Shown: positions 13,573 to 24,782 of the stretch, one piece after another
Layout of the letters: each line of letters starts with the position of its first letter
Position numbering within the stretch: the stretch's first letter is position 1
Assembly: GCF_002571385.2 (NCBI RefSeq)
Contig: NW_019217817.1
Location: 423,364 to 487,363, forward strand
From: Stylophora pistillata
Taxonomy: Eukaryota
DNA length: 64,000 nt
Direction of reading: 5' to 3'
Translations under genes and position numbers: made by a program
Notes under the pieces: model-generated
What the model was told of the DNA's origin: nothing
What the model saw: the letters and a program-made list of their open reading frames with translations, nothing else
Databases searched by the model: none

Positions 13573-13710
13573 ATGCACTTGAGAGGTGTCTGTCTCTTGT
13601 TATTGGCAGGTGTCATTGTCACATGGGCTGGACTGACACGTGAGTTACTTCTTGTATTAATCTTGGTCAGTTGTAAGGCTTGCGCATATGGCAGTAAATG
13701 CTGAATGGGT

Positions 13711-13741
<31 letters not shown>

Positions 13742-16153
13742 CAACAAAAAACATTCCTCAAAAGTAAAAAAAAAAGGGTCAAAAGATTTCTTAATTCGTA
13801 CGGAATGATATTGATCTTGAAAGTGTTGGCCACAAACCAAATAATTCTTGCCGTGTTTGAAAAAGAAAATTTATAGCCCCGCTAACTAGTTTATAGTACA
13901 GCAGTTATCCTTGGTATAGTTCACCGCCAACTCGACTTGGTCGGTCAAACTGAATGCTGAATGCAATTTTTTTTTGTACGTAAAAGAGGAAATACAACTT
14001 TAAAAAGGCACGTCTGACCTGGTTGTTTATGATACAAAAAAAGTTTCGGCAATAGACCATGAATCCGGCGATCTTGTGAGATTAGCTTCAGCCGAAGGCT
14101 ACAGGCGTTACTCTCTTTTCCTTGCTCCTAGAATTCTTATTTATATTCCTGTCTTCCAGAGGATTATAATCAGGTATACTACCTTGGTTTTGATCGGTTC
14201 AATGGAGAACGCCTGTACGATGATTCATCGCACAACAACAACGCAACTCTCAAGAAAGTCCAATTGGATAAAGCAGCAGGTAGCTGTGGCAAGTGTGCCA
14301 AGATACACTCTGGGGGACAGATTATCATAGACGGATCAAAGTTCGTCGGTGAGTTATAATTTGAAATACATGGTTATGAGATCAGTTATCATGTACATTT
14401 TAAACAAGATAAACATGGGTATTTCCTTAGCTTCCTTTCATGATTTCTTTCTTCACGCAAGAGCACACTATCATAACAGAGTCATGAAATTGTTGGGTGG
14501 GGGTTGGGACTGAAGTGTAGCATACTGTGGGTTGCAAGTCATTCAAGGTAAAGTTGCCTTACGTACTTCCGGCTACTTACGTACTTCCGTTCACTTCCGG
14601 CTACTTTCCGGCAGTGTGGGCCACTCGCCTCATGTGACTGACCGACCAACCGGCTGGCAGGCTGGCTGGTTGACTGACTGTTTGACTGGTACGAAGACAG
14701 ATGGAGGAATGGAAAAGTGAACACACCTTGCTCGCTCACGAAAATAGCCGAGTCTTATGACAGCTTCCAATATTCGAGAGTCATTTGCATACGCATCCAC
14801 ATGACATGTCACCAAATTATTAAAGATTGTTGCTCCCCAATACAGGAATTCCTTACATTGAAGTTACTATTGCGATGATGGTACAATTAAAGGACGCATC
14901 TGGGACAATAGATCTTTTTGAGACTGTTGGAGGACCTCCCAGATCTAATCATGAGGAACGTAAGTAACTCTCTGCTTGTAAATCTAAAATGCCAAAAATT
15001 GGGGACGTTATATATAACTAACTTAATTGTTATTAATTCAGCCCAATATGATCTACAAGCTGAAAACGCCAGGGTACGTTGGTTTCACCGGAATGAAAAT
15101 GGTTCCACGGTGTTCAGTATTATTACAGACGGTCCTGTGTTATCCGGTGGAAAATGGTACCATTTAGCCGCAATGTATGACGGTCTTCGGGGCATAGCTA
15201 AGATTTATATAGATGGTCAACTTAGAAAACAGGAAACCGCTGACCCCGGTGTATTCCTGTCTCGAGACTGGTCTAAATATGCAGGTAAGTGGAAGTTAAG
15301 TGGCCCAATGATTTTACACTTATTGTAAAGAACTGAGTCAAATTCATGATTTCGCACGCGAGATGAAGCACGCAAGGTAGGTCTTTGCGATTCTCACGAG
15401 GACGTTGAGTACGCTAGACAAATTTCACTCTTGACTAACAAAGTCACACTTTAGGCCCTCTGGGTTCTAAGTATCCCGAACAGCGTTCACTTCATATCCG
15501 GGAGACTTGATGTGTTTGTGTACAACATTGTATGGGGGACACGGCATGGAAGATTAAAAATTCAATGTAAAATTTTGTTTGTTGGAAAATTTTTGATTTC
15601 ATTTCAGCGTTTATATTCTGGTTATATGATAGGTTTCTAATAAACAGGGAAAAGGACTTAAACACGCATGTTCAGTACAATTATTTTGTGTCTATAACTT
15701 GTAAAACAGTTCATTATGCAATTTAATTTGGTAATATCAAATAAGTTGAAATTAGATACAATGAAAAATATATGAAGTTCATACATTTTGAACTGCGGTA
15801 TTAGATACATGTGGTGAACGATCCTCGCAGTAGATAGCGCTATTTAAGCAATAGCGAAAATCAGACCTGAAAAAAATCAGGCCTGTACGGGATTCGAACC
15901 ACTGACCTCTGCGATACTAGTGCAGCGCTCTACCAATTGAGCTAACAAGCCAACTGGGAGCAGGCCGTTAAGTTGATTCGTAATAAACCCGTGAAAGTGA
16001 TAAATCAGANAAGCTGACGTTTCGAGCGTTAGCCCTTCGTTATTCGCTCTGAAGAAGGGCTAACGCTCGAAACGTCAGCTTTTTAACTATTTACGGTGGC
16101 CAATTTACAATTTCAACTTAGTTGATATTACTATGCCAAATTACCTTGTTACC

Positions 16154-16192
<39 letters not shown>

Positions 16193-19100
16193 ACCTTTAT
16201 TCATTACACAACTTGCTTAACTATTTTTTACCTGTTCTCATATACAGGGATCGGCTCTTATGGCGGAAAAGGTCGCTTGGAGGGCTATGTGGACGAGTTT
16301 TACATATACAACAGGACTCTGGCAGAACCTGAGCTAAAAACGCTTATTAAAAAGTGCCAAGGGCCGCAAAGCACCATGGTGTTACATCTGAGCTTTGACA
16401 GGAAAACCGGTGATACGTTTCTGGATGACTCTGGGCTTATGAACCACGCAAAGGTTGGCGGGCCGCCCTTGCAACCAGGCCAACCGAAACCTGCTCCTCC
16501 TCCACGTAAGTGCAATTAATCAATGCTTAGTTACAACTATAAATGAGATTCAAAGAAGCGATGATAATATCGGTTTTTTTCTTACGGCCTTTTCAGAAGT
16601 TAGTGGAATATTAAATTCCAATTTTATTTTAAAACACTCTTTTCTAGTTTACAATGATGCCAAGGCTTTGTGGAAAAAGATAAACATGTTTCTTAATGGT
16701 AGGGAAATATAATTTCCCGTGGCTATCTTATTTTCTATCAAGGTAAAAATGAAATTTGTAAGGAAAAAAAAATACATTTAGCCACCTAAAACAAGCGAAT
16801 CACTGTTGTGATTGGTAAATTATTTGAAAAAGGTAACGCTTCCTCCTTGGATAACATGATTTTAGTAACGCCCTTCCGAAGATGAACGCTCTTATGATAG
16901 GCTTACCAGGAAATCAGGATTGATCTGTGCGCCTTCTGAACTGTCGTCTTCGATCAACGCATGGCTCATTATCAAGACAAGTATGGCGGACACACAAATC
17001 CCTCAATCTCCTCGCTCCAAGGAGGGGTCAGCGGAGAAAATCATCGAGGGAACTCAGACGGACGACCCATCACGTTGTTCCTTCTTTTCAGCGAACAAAT
17101 AACTCATCAGTGAAACAACGCGGAGCAACCCATTTCAATTTATTAAATATTCAAGTTAACACCTTCGGGTTAAGACTAGTTTTAAAGAGTACTAATATGG
17201 TTTTGAATGCAATTATCACATGCATTACTATAACTAGATTTTTTTATTTCTTTTAAATTATTTCTTACATTATAATTAAATCATTAAAAGCCTAAAAAAA
17301 GAATTTTATCAGTATTATTATAACTACGGAGACAGTCAAAATTTGTTATTCACTTTCTATCTGTTCGAAACTTTTGTTTTCATTAGCTGCAAAAGGAAGC
17401 TGTGGTAATGGAGCACAACTAAATGCGGGACAAGCAGATATAAAACTAGACGGGAAAACGTTCCGGAACAAACCAATTGACAGTGTAACTATAGCGATGT
17501 GGTTTAACGCCACTTCGGTTAAGGGGAAACATTATTTGTTCGACACGATTGGTGGACATTCAGCGCACAAACACGACCAGTATCTTCTGATGATCGAGAA
17601 CGGAGCCATTAGTTGGAGTCACAACGACCAAAATGATAAACAACTGTTCAAAGTTGTCACTGATCCTATCGTAACTGAGAGTAAGTGTATGGTTTTGTTT
17701 CTTTGATTTTCATCTTGCTGTTTCATCTCAGTTTTTGGGTGTTTGTTTTTATTCGTTGATATTACTCGATTTTTTTGCAGCGTTTATCAGTAAAGTGTAA
17801 ACCTATTTTCTGGCGCTCGCAAAGGAAATTCAATTTTGACAAAATTTGAAAAGCAAGCGCGCTAAAATCTGCAAATGAATACGATAGTTGCACGATGCAA
17901 AAAGTGGTGGGTGGAAAAATTGTTTGATGGCAACTCAAGCAACATTTTTAAGCACTTCTAGCTTTTAAGAGATAGTACCCAGTCTCTTGCTTCTTTATTT
18001 TGCATCTCGACTCCTACCAACTTCTATTCATTACACCAGATCACCTCACCACAACCTCACAAATTACACAAAGACCTAAATAGCTTTTTCGATATTCCGA
18101 TCTTTTTTTTATTATTCTTATCCAACTCAGAACAATGGGTGCATATCGCAGTAACATACAATGAGAAAAGTAGCCAGGCTAAGGTATTTGTTAATGGTAA
18201 CCTCAACAAGCAAGGGCCTGCATCTGGGAGATTGTCTGAAGACTGGGACAGCTATGCAGCATTTGGTAAACATGAAGGAACTGTCACAGATGTTGATACA
18301 CTGGACGAAATATACATGTACAACAGAGAGTTGACTCCATTCGAAGTAAAAACACTCTATGATAACTGCAATTTTGGATCAGCCAAAACACGTGAGTCGC
18401 TCATTTACAAAAGCTATAGTTATATCTTTTCAAAAGATTTTACATCGTCTTTTTCTTCTACGTCAATCTTTAGCCGATACAGATAACAATAACTCTGCGA
18501 TTCTTTGATACCAACCATTTAAGATTCATAAAACCACTCACCTTCAGGTAAGGGCTAATGAGTTTTGTTTGAAAGGAAGAACGAAAATAAAAGCAAAGTA
18601 TTTTTAAACAAGTGTTTCGTAACTCGTGTCTCGCATGTCTTGACGATCAGTCATAATTTATCACCTGAGGGGGGAGGGGAGGGGAGGGGTGCGAAGGATA
18701 TTGAAGAGGATCACATGGTTTTAGGGGGGAACGGAGGGGGATCAATCTTCGCCACCAGAGCATAAAGAGGGGGACTATAGAAAGTTCAGTGCCAGTTCAC
18801 TGCCCATGAAGGAGGGAACATAGCAATACTTTTAGAGCCCTATGGGGGATTAGGTAAATGTTATGTGACTCATCCAAAATCCTCCAAACACCACCACCAC
18901 CTCCCCCTCCCTCCTCCCAGGCATTAGATAAGTAATGACCGGTCCCCTAAGAGAAACTCGAAAACGGTCGAAGCCCTTGTTCATTTTTTGTTATTATTCA
19001 GGATTTTCATTACTTTAATACTAGGTCAAATTTTCTCTTTCAGCGAGCACTGGTCAAGTATTCTACTTTGGATTTGATCGTGTGTCAGGCAGTAACGTGT

Positions 19101-22100
19101 TTGATGACTCCGGTAGCCTGAATGACGGTGAATTGACTAGCCTCGCTACTGTGACAAAGACTAGTGGAACTTGTGGGAATGGACTAAAACTAACTGGAGG
19201 TATGTCTATGTCGGCGTTTAAGTTGCAATGTGTTGCTATGAATGAAATGAAAAGAGTACAAATAAAAGATGACATTAGTAAATCAATTCACCCATCTTCT
19301 CGGCATAGGCAATATTTTGATTGACGGACAGCGAATAGTTAGGAAACCGCTGTTTGGTGTGACCATAGCGCTTTGGCTCAAGCTGGATACCAACCGCGGT
19401 CAACAGTCTGTCTTCAGCACTTACAATCCCGATAATCCGTGGAACACACGACAGTATTATTCACTCATGATCAATGACGGAAGAGTCAGATGGTTTCACC
19501 GCAATGAAAAATCTCAGGTAAGCTTTATTCAAAACATAGGTCTGCTTGGCGTGCACGTAGGAAGTGTAACCTAACAATTGGCCAAACTTTTGTACGTGGT
19601 CTATCGAGCAGGCTTTTTACTTGTCGGCTTTTTTTTTTCTTTCAGAATTCACTTTCGTCGAATTTAGTTTTCTGCAGCCTGTCACAAGTACGCTTATACG
19701 AATCGCTACTTAACTTCCTTCAGTCAGCCGCAAAAAAAAAAAAATTGGGGAACTTACCTAATATGCCTCTGTCATGGACCGAAGAACATTTGCTACAGAG
19801 AGAGTATGAAAGATGAAATTTCCGTCACTTTCTTTCTTTATTTTTTCAGACTGTGTTCAGCGCCGAGACAGGCTCACCAGTTGTACCAGCTGGAACATGG
19901 ACCCATATCTGTTGCACCTACACCGCAACGGGCGGGAAGTCTGAGATATATGTGAATGGGGTGCTGAAAAAACAGGAACTTACTGGCTCTGGAATTCTTT
20001 CACAGGTAACTGATCCTTTTTTAATGCAAGAGACAAAGATCAGTAAAATATTCTAATAAACACTGACACCGCAATGGATTTGTTTTTCTGCAAAATAAAT
20101 TCCAAGGATATGATTGATCAATATTGGATCTCTCCGTCGACTTAGTATGACAGAAAGCTAAAGTTGATCTTAAATTGTTTAAGAGTGGGAGCAGTTTTCA
20201 AGGGAGTCTTGACCTTTTCTGTGATTGGGTGTTAAGATCATGTCCCTTCCGTTTCTCTGGTCCTTTGTGCCAACTGGTCTTCTGTGGCTACTGGTCCTCT
20301 GTGGCTACTGGTCCTCTGTGCCTACTGGTCCTCTGTGACTACTGGTCCTCTGTGCCTACTGGTCCCCTGTGCCTACTGGTCCTCTGTGCATACTGGTCCT
20401 CTGTGGCTACTGGTCCTCTGTGCCTACTGGTCCCCTGTGCCTACTGGTCTTCTGTGGCTACTGGTCCTCTGTGGCTACTGGTCCTCTGTGCCTACTGGTC
20501 CTCTGTGACTACTGGTCCTCTGTGCCTACTGGTCCTCTGTGCATACTGGTCCTCTGTGCCTACTGGTCCTCTGCGCTTAGTGTTTCTCTGGTCTTACGTG
20601 CCCACTGTTCTTCTGGTCCTCTGTAACCACTGTTTCTCTGGCTCTATGTGTCCACTGTTCCTCTGGTCTTCTGTGCCAACTTTTCCTCTGGTTCTGGCAC
20701 CTCTGCCAATACTTAAAACTTTTATACGTTATAACGATTAATTATTTCTGATTCCAGTGTATGTAAGATTGCTCAACACTCTACTTAGACAGTGGAGGAC
20801 TAATAGACCACTTTCATAAATGGCTGGTGGATTAGTATTCTTTTGTTTGAATTTAAATTAGCCCTTCTGGCCTAGCTCGAGATAATGTATTCTTTTGAAT
20901 TTTTTACTGGAGAACGAGGCCGGAAGGACTAATTTAAATTTAAACAAAAGAATACTAAACTGGCAGCCATTTATGAAAGTGGGCCGTGATTGTATTTGTC
21001 TTTTCTTGTGTTGTCCAGGACTGGAGTGGAAAGAATAGCATCGGAAAAGAGTACGAAAAAGGTTCTGACGGCAATTGGATAGAGAAGAACAATCTGTACG
21101 GCATCATCGACGAGTTCTACTTATTTGAGCGTGACTTGAAACCAAATGAAATAACACTTCTTGCTCAGACTTGCAATTACCACAGAATAGTGCTACATTA
21201 TGGGTTCGAGTTGTTCGCTGGTAAAACAGTGTATGACCAGTCTGGGCTTGCAAACAATGGCATGGCTATTAATGGTACAGCTGTCTCAAACAATGGAACG
21301 TGCGGGAAGGCTGTTAATATGACCATGGGACAGATTAAAATACCGGGTGATACTTTCAGGGAAAAACCCCAAAAAGCAATAACCATATCAGTGTGGATCA
21401 GCTTACAAACAAACAGGTTTGATATAAGTAACTTGGAGCAGTTTTTATCTTCAGGGATGTCGCAAGGAAAACGCAATAAATAGAGGGGGAAGATGGGGGT
21501 GGGTGAGGGGTGAGGCCGCTACTCTTCGACTGAGAGGTATAACAGAGGTATAAGTTAACTTCTTTTCATAATTTTTAATACTTTCAAATTGGCCTTATAC
21601 CTAAGATTTTCGCCTTCTGCTTTCTCTCTTTTTGGGTGGAGGCGGGATAACTTTTCCCCAAAAGTATGAGTTACTACTGAAAAGAATTTCAAGGTAATAA
21701 GCCATTTTCCATGTAATAATATTCTTTATTACACGACTCGGGCAGTCAGAGGGCCAATAACTAAAATCAACCAATCAAAATGCTCTATTGTCGGTCCAAT
21801 ATTCTCTAAGTATTGGACCGGGCACTCTCTCGAATGGTCCCGAATGATACTGCACTTGTGTCCCTTTGAACTTCAGTCGTATAATAAATCTCTTATTAAC
21901 CAAGCTTGCTCGGGACCGTACTGGAAGAATATCGGCCCTCGGTCTTTTTTGTACGGACCTCACTGCGCTCGGTCCGTACTGTCAAGACCTTGGGCAGATA
22001 TTCTCCCAGTACGGCCCTCGCGCTTGGTTAATAAGATATATAAAATGGCTCGGAGGTTAGGGGGAATAAAACAAAAGAAATCAGTTATCCATTCTTAACC

Positions 22101-22921
22101 TCGATGTGATTTTATTTTGTTTTATTCCCCCATGCCTCGGAGCCAAGTTTAAATTCTACTTTATCGAAAATGGCCCATTTACTTTCCCTTTCTGTAACTT
22201 CAATCACGGAGGGTCTTAGTGGAGATAACTGTTAGCCTTAAAACAGCCAAAACAGTTAGCCTTTAGGGGTAAAATTGGCAGTTTTAAACGTTAGTCGCAA
22301 AACAAAGTTGGCTGTAAAAATTTTTCCTTTCTTCAATGTGTTATTTTGGGTTAACCGTAGAATGGCCAAACTTTTAACAGTTAGCCGTAAAAGCCATCAC
22401 CCCATTGTGACCCTTATCACAAAGCTATCCTTATTACACACTTGACCCTTGCAATGATTTTAAAAACAGCGATTTTTAGTGTAAATTATTTTGGAATTTT
22501 ACATAGGAAAGAGCACGAAATATTTGATACAATTGGAAGCCATTCCGATCACAAGCATGACCAATACCACTTCGCAGTGCAGGATGGGAAGGTTGTTTGG
22601 TATCATCACCAAGAAAACGACAAAGAAGTGTTCAATGTCGTCACCCTTCCCTGCATTCCTGCTCGCAACTGGACACACGTGGCAGTGACGTATGACTCCA
22701 CAGCCATGCTGGCGAAAGTTTATGTAAACGGAGTTATGGTGAAACAAAAATCTGCGAGCGGTGATCTTTCTCAAGATTGGGGCCATTTTGCCGGTATCGG
22801 AAGACATTTTTATACAGGGACTTATTTATCTGGATTAGTAGATGAATTTATCATTTATAATTACGCTCTTAGTGACGTGGAAATAAAGTATCTTGCACAG
22901 GGGCGTTGCTCTAAAAAATAA
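13573..22921 (+). CDS. Secreted protein with four tandem LamG/concanavalin-A-like (Laminin_G_3-type) domains, about 919 aa, 12 coding exons
   Basis: Exons 13573-13639 (signal peptide MHLRGVCLLLLAGVIVTWAGLT), 14160-14348, 14846-14959, 15042-15284, 16248-16505, 17387-17680, 18131-18391, 19044-19199, 19309-19517, 19850-20005, 21019-21416, 22507-22921. All are GT-AG and phase-compatible, total 2760 nt. Each domain has LxFD/E..G....DxS..NxG/A, TIA/SxW-like strand, WxHxxxxY, xxYxxG and DEFxxYxRxL motifs. Confidence 0.9.
13713..13741. repeat. (CA)n microsatellite in intron 1
   Basis: Direct reading of the sequence. Confidence 0.95.
15760..16000 (-). mobile_element. tRNA-derived repeat (family C), partial, cut off at the N
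   Basis: The reverse strand has A-box (TTAGCTCAATTGGTAGAGCG) and B-box (GGTTCGAATCCC); homologous to 41170-41590. Confidence 0.75.
16011..16200 (+). mobile_element. Penelope-like-element-derived repeat containing a minimal hammerhead ribozyme motif
   Basis: Perfect 27-bp inverted repeat at 16012-16038 and 16054-16080; hammerhead core ctgaaga...gaaac-gtc. Confidence 0.72.
16046..16079 (+). ncRNA. Minimal type I hammerhead ribozyme motif
   Basis: Stem I GCU/AGC; core CUGAAGA (16049-16055) plus one extra A; stem II GGGC-UAAC-GCUC; GAAA; palindromic ACGU stem III; GUC cleavage triplet ending at 16076. Confidence 0.65.
18645..18948. mobile_element. MITE-like element
   Basis: Imperfect TIRs (gatcagtcataatttatc / gataagtaatgaccggtc) with G-rich and C-rich subterminal tracts. 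Confidence 0.55.
20255..20705. repeat. 17-bp minisatellite (ctactggtcctctgtgN)n in an intron
   Basis: About 18 well-conserved units over 20270-20573 with degenerate flanks; accounts for the three overlapping low-complexity ORFs. Confidence 0.95.
20804..20985. mobile_element. MITE, about 180 bp (copy 1)
   Basis: TIR ccactttcataaatggctg / cagccatttatgaaagtgg; second copy at 50211-50390. Confidence 0.85.
21698..22177. mobile_element. MITE interrupted by a nested palindromic element (about 21711-22041)
   Basis: Outer TIR gccattttc / gaaaatggc. The inner element has the hairpin cttattaaccaagc..ccgtactgg.agaatatc / gatattctcccagtacgg..gcttggttaataag. Confidence 0.65.
22210..22414. mobile_element. 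MITE-like element
   Basis: Termini agggtcttagtgg / ccattgtgaccct with internal gttagcc repeats. Confidence 0.55.
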
Positions 22922-24782
22922 GAGCTCCGTCCAAATACATACGTATTTAGGATTTTTTAAAGCCTAAAACTAATCAAGGTAGTTTCTTTATTTAGACAGT
23001 TTCTTTGAAATACGCTTTTTATATTCTTTGAGCTATTTTGGTAAATGTCACTCTTAAGTGTGTTATTTAGGAGTTAGTCAAATCAAAACGAAGTTAGTTG
23101 CGAGTTAAAAAAGTGATGTGTATTTGATGATAATTTGACATTCAGGGACATTGTTAAAAAGTTGAGCTTACGGAGTAAAGAATCACTTGTGAAATCTCGG
23201 ATGCATGGCTTAATGTAAACAAACAAGAAAATAAAATAACTCAAGTATCTATCATTTTTGACAATTTTTTGCTACTACGTCGTTTTGATTGACTTTTGTT
23301 ACCTTAGCCATTCACTGAACGGAGTGAACGAAGAAAGGCCCTTTGAGGCGTTCCTTCTCAGATCCTCGCGGTCGTACATCGAACTTCCTTCGAGTGTGAT
23401 GAAATTTAACTCTTTCCTCTAACACCATGGTCTTTACAACGTTAGTTATATGAACTTGGCGATGCTTAATTTAATCGGAATAACCAGTTCGACATGTGAA
23501 TTAACTTAACGGTGGTACTGGAAGAGGCGTCGGTTGCCATGGGGAGGGAGGGGAGGAAGGGGAGGGGAGGGGAGGGGAGAATTGTGGTTGCTCCTTACGA
23601 TATACTGAAATAGGTATGCTCTCTCCTCTCAGTTGGAGGGTGAATCATTTTAAAATGATCGAACAACTTTGCATCAAATGCCAGCTAGGGATGGATCAAT
23701 AGCATATTTATTCCCAAGCAAGGTATGTACAGTATAGCTTTATTCATAAACTCTTTCTTGTGTGAACAAAATATATTGCAGCAAATAAATAGAAATAGAT
23801 ATTGAACTCACTTCAGTACTGCAGTTATCGACGCCGCAGTGCTGCCTGTACAATAAACTAGGAGCTATGCTAATTCATTATGATTAAAAATCTTTTGAGG
23901 CAGCCTGGCGTAAACACAAGGGGAGATAACGAAATACTGGCGCCTGTCCACACTTCAATATTCCCTTTGTATAAATATTTACATGCCTTTCATTCTACAA
24001 GTTTCATTACGGAAGCTGATGGAGTAATCTCCCATCCAAGAATGTTAACCGGAAGTGCCCTTTTACAAAGAATGTGGATCTACACGCTTCACAAAGCAAC
24101 CAAAGAATAACTTAGTTCCGGGAGGGAGAAAACGACTACGTATCTTAAACTACCATTTAAGAGAAATTACCCCTTTAACGCCATAATCAATGACATCTAA
24201 GCAGAAATTTTACAGCTACTCATTGAAAGATTTGATAATGGGGGAGGAAGGTTCATCTCATTAAAGCAACTTGTTCCAAAAAAAAAAAAAAAAGAAAATG
24301 CAAGACGAGTTAGGGACAAAGACAAATGACGGTCATATCAAACAATAAAAGAAACCTAGCTTTGTAATGAAAAATAATCCGCAAAAGAGGTTTATAAATA
24401 CACGAGCAGAAAAACTTTGACCGCAAAGAGAGGAGATGGGGATTTTACAATTTTAAGAGCCTTTATCGACAAGACTGTGTTCACAATGGCTACCCAGAAC
24501 ACAGATACGTGTCAGAACTTCAGAGGCCTAAAGGGAACTGACAGTAAACACATGTAACCAGCCTCATCTTGGGAAAAACGCGACTGAAAAATTCATGACT
24601 GGTTTTAGTCTTGCATTATGACTGGTGGAAAGAGTGCTTGCGAGTTTCCTAAAGCAATCCATGAGAGTGGGAAAGCAATGAAAACCCGGGCTAGCTTTGA
24701 TAGTCAAGGGGAATTTGCACAGGCGTATCATTACTTTAAGAGCATGTGTTGCGGTTAGATCTTTGTAAACAAACGGTAAATA

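Noticed and set aside
16920-17256. GC-richer intronic ORFs
   Set aside because: No recognisable domain; probably a repeat remnant, and the LamG gene splices in phase without them.
20175-20741. Three overlapping Cys/Leu/Trp-rich ORFs
   Set aside because: They are translations of a stop-free 17-bp minisatellite inside an intron.
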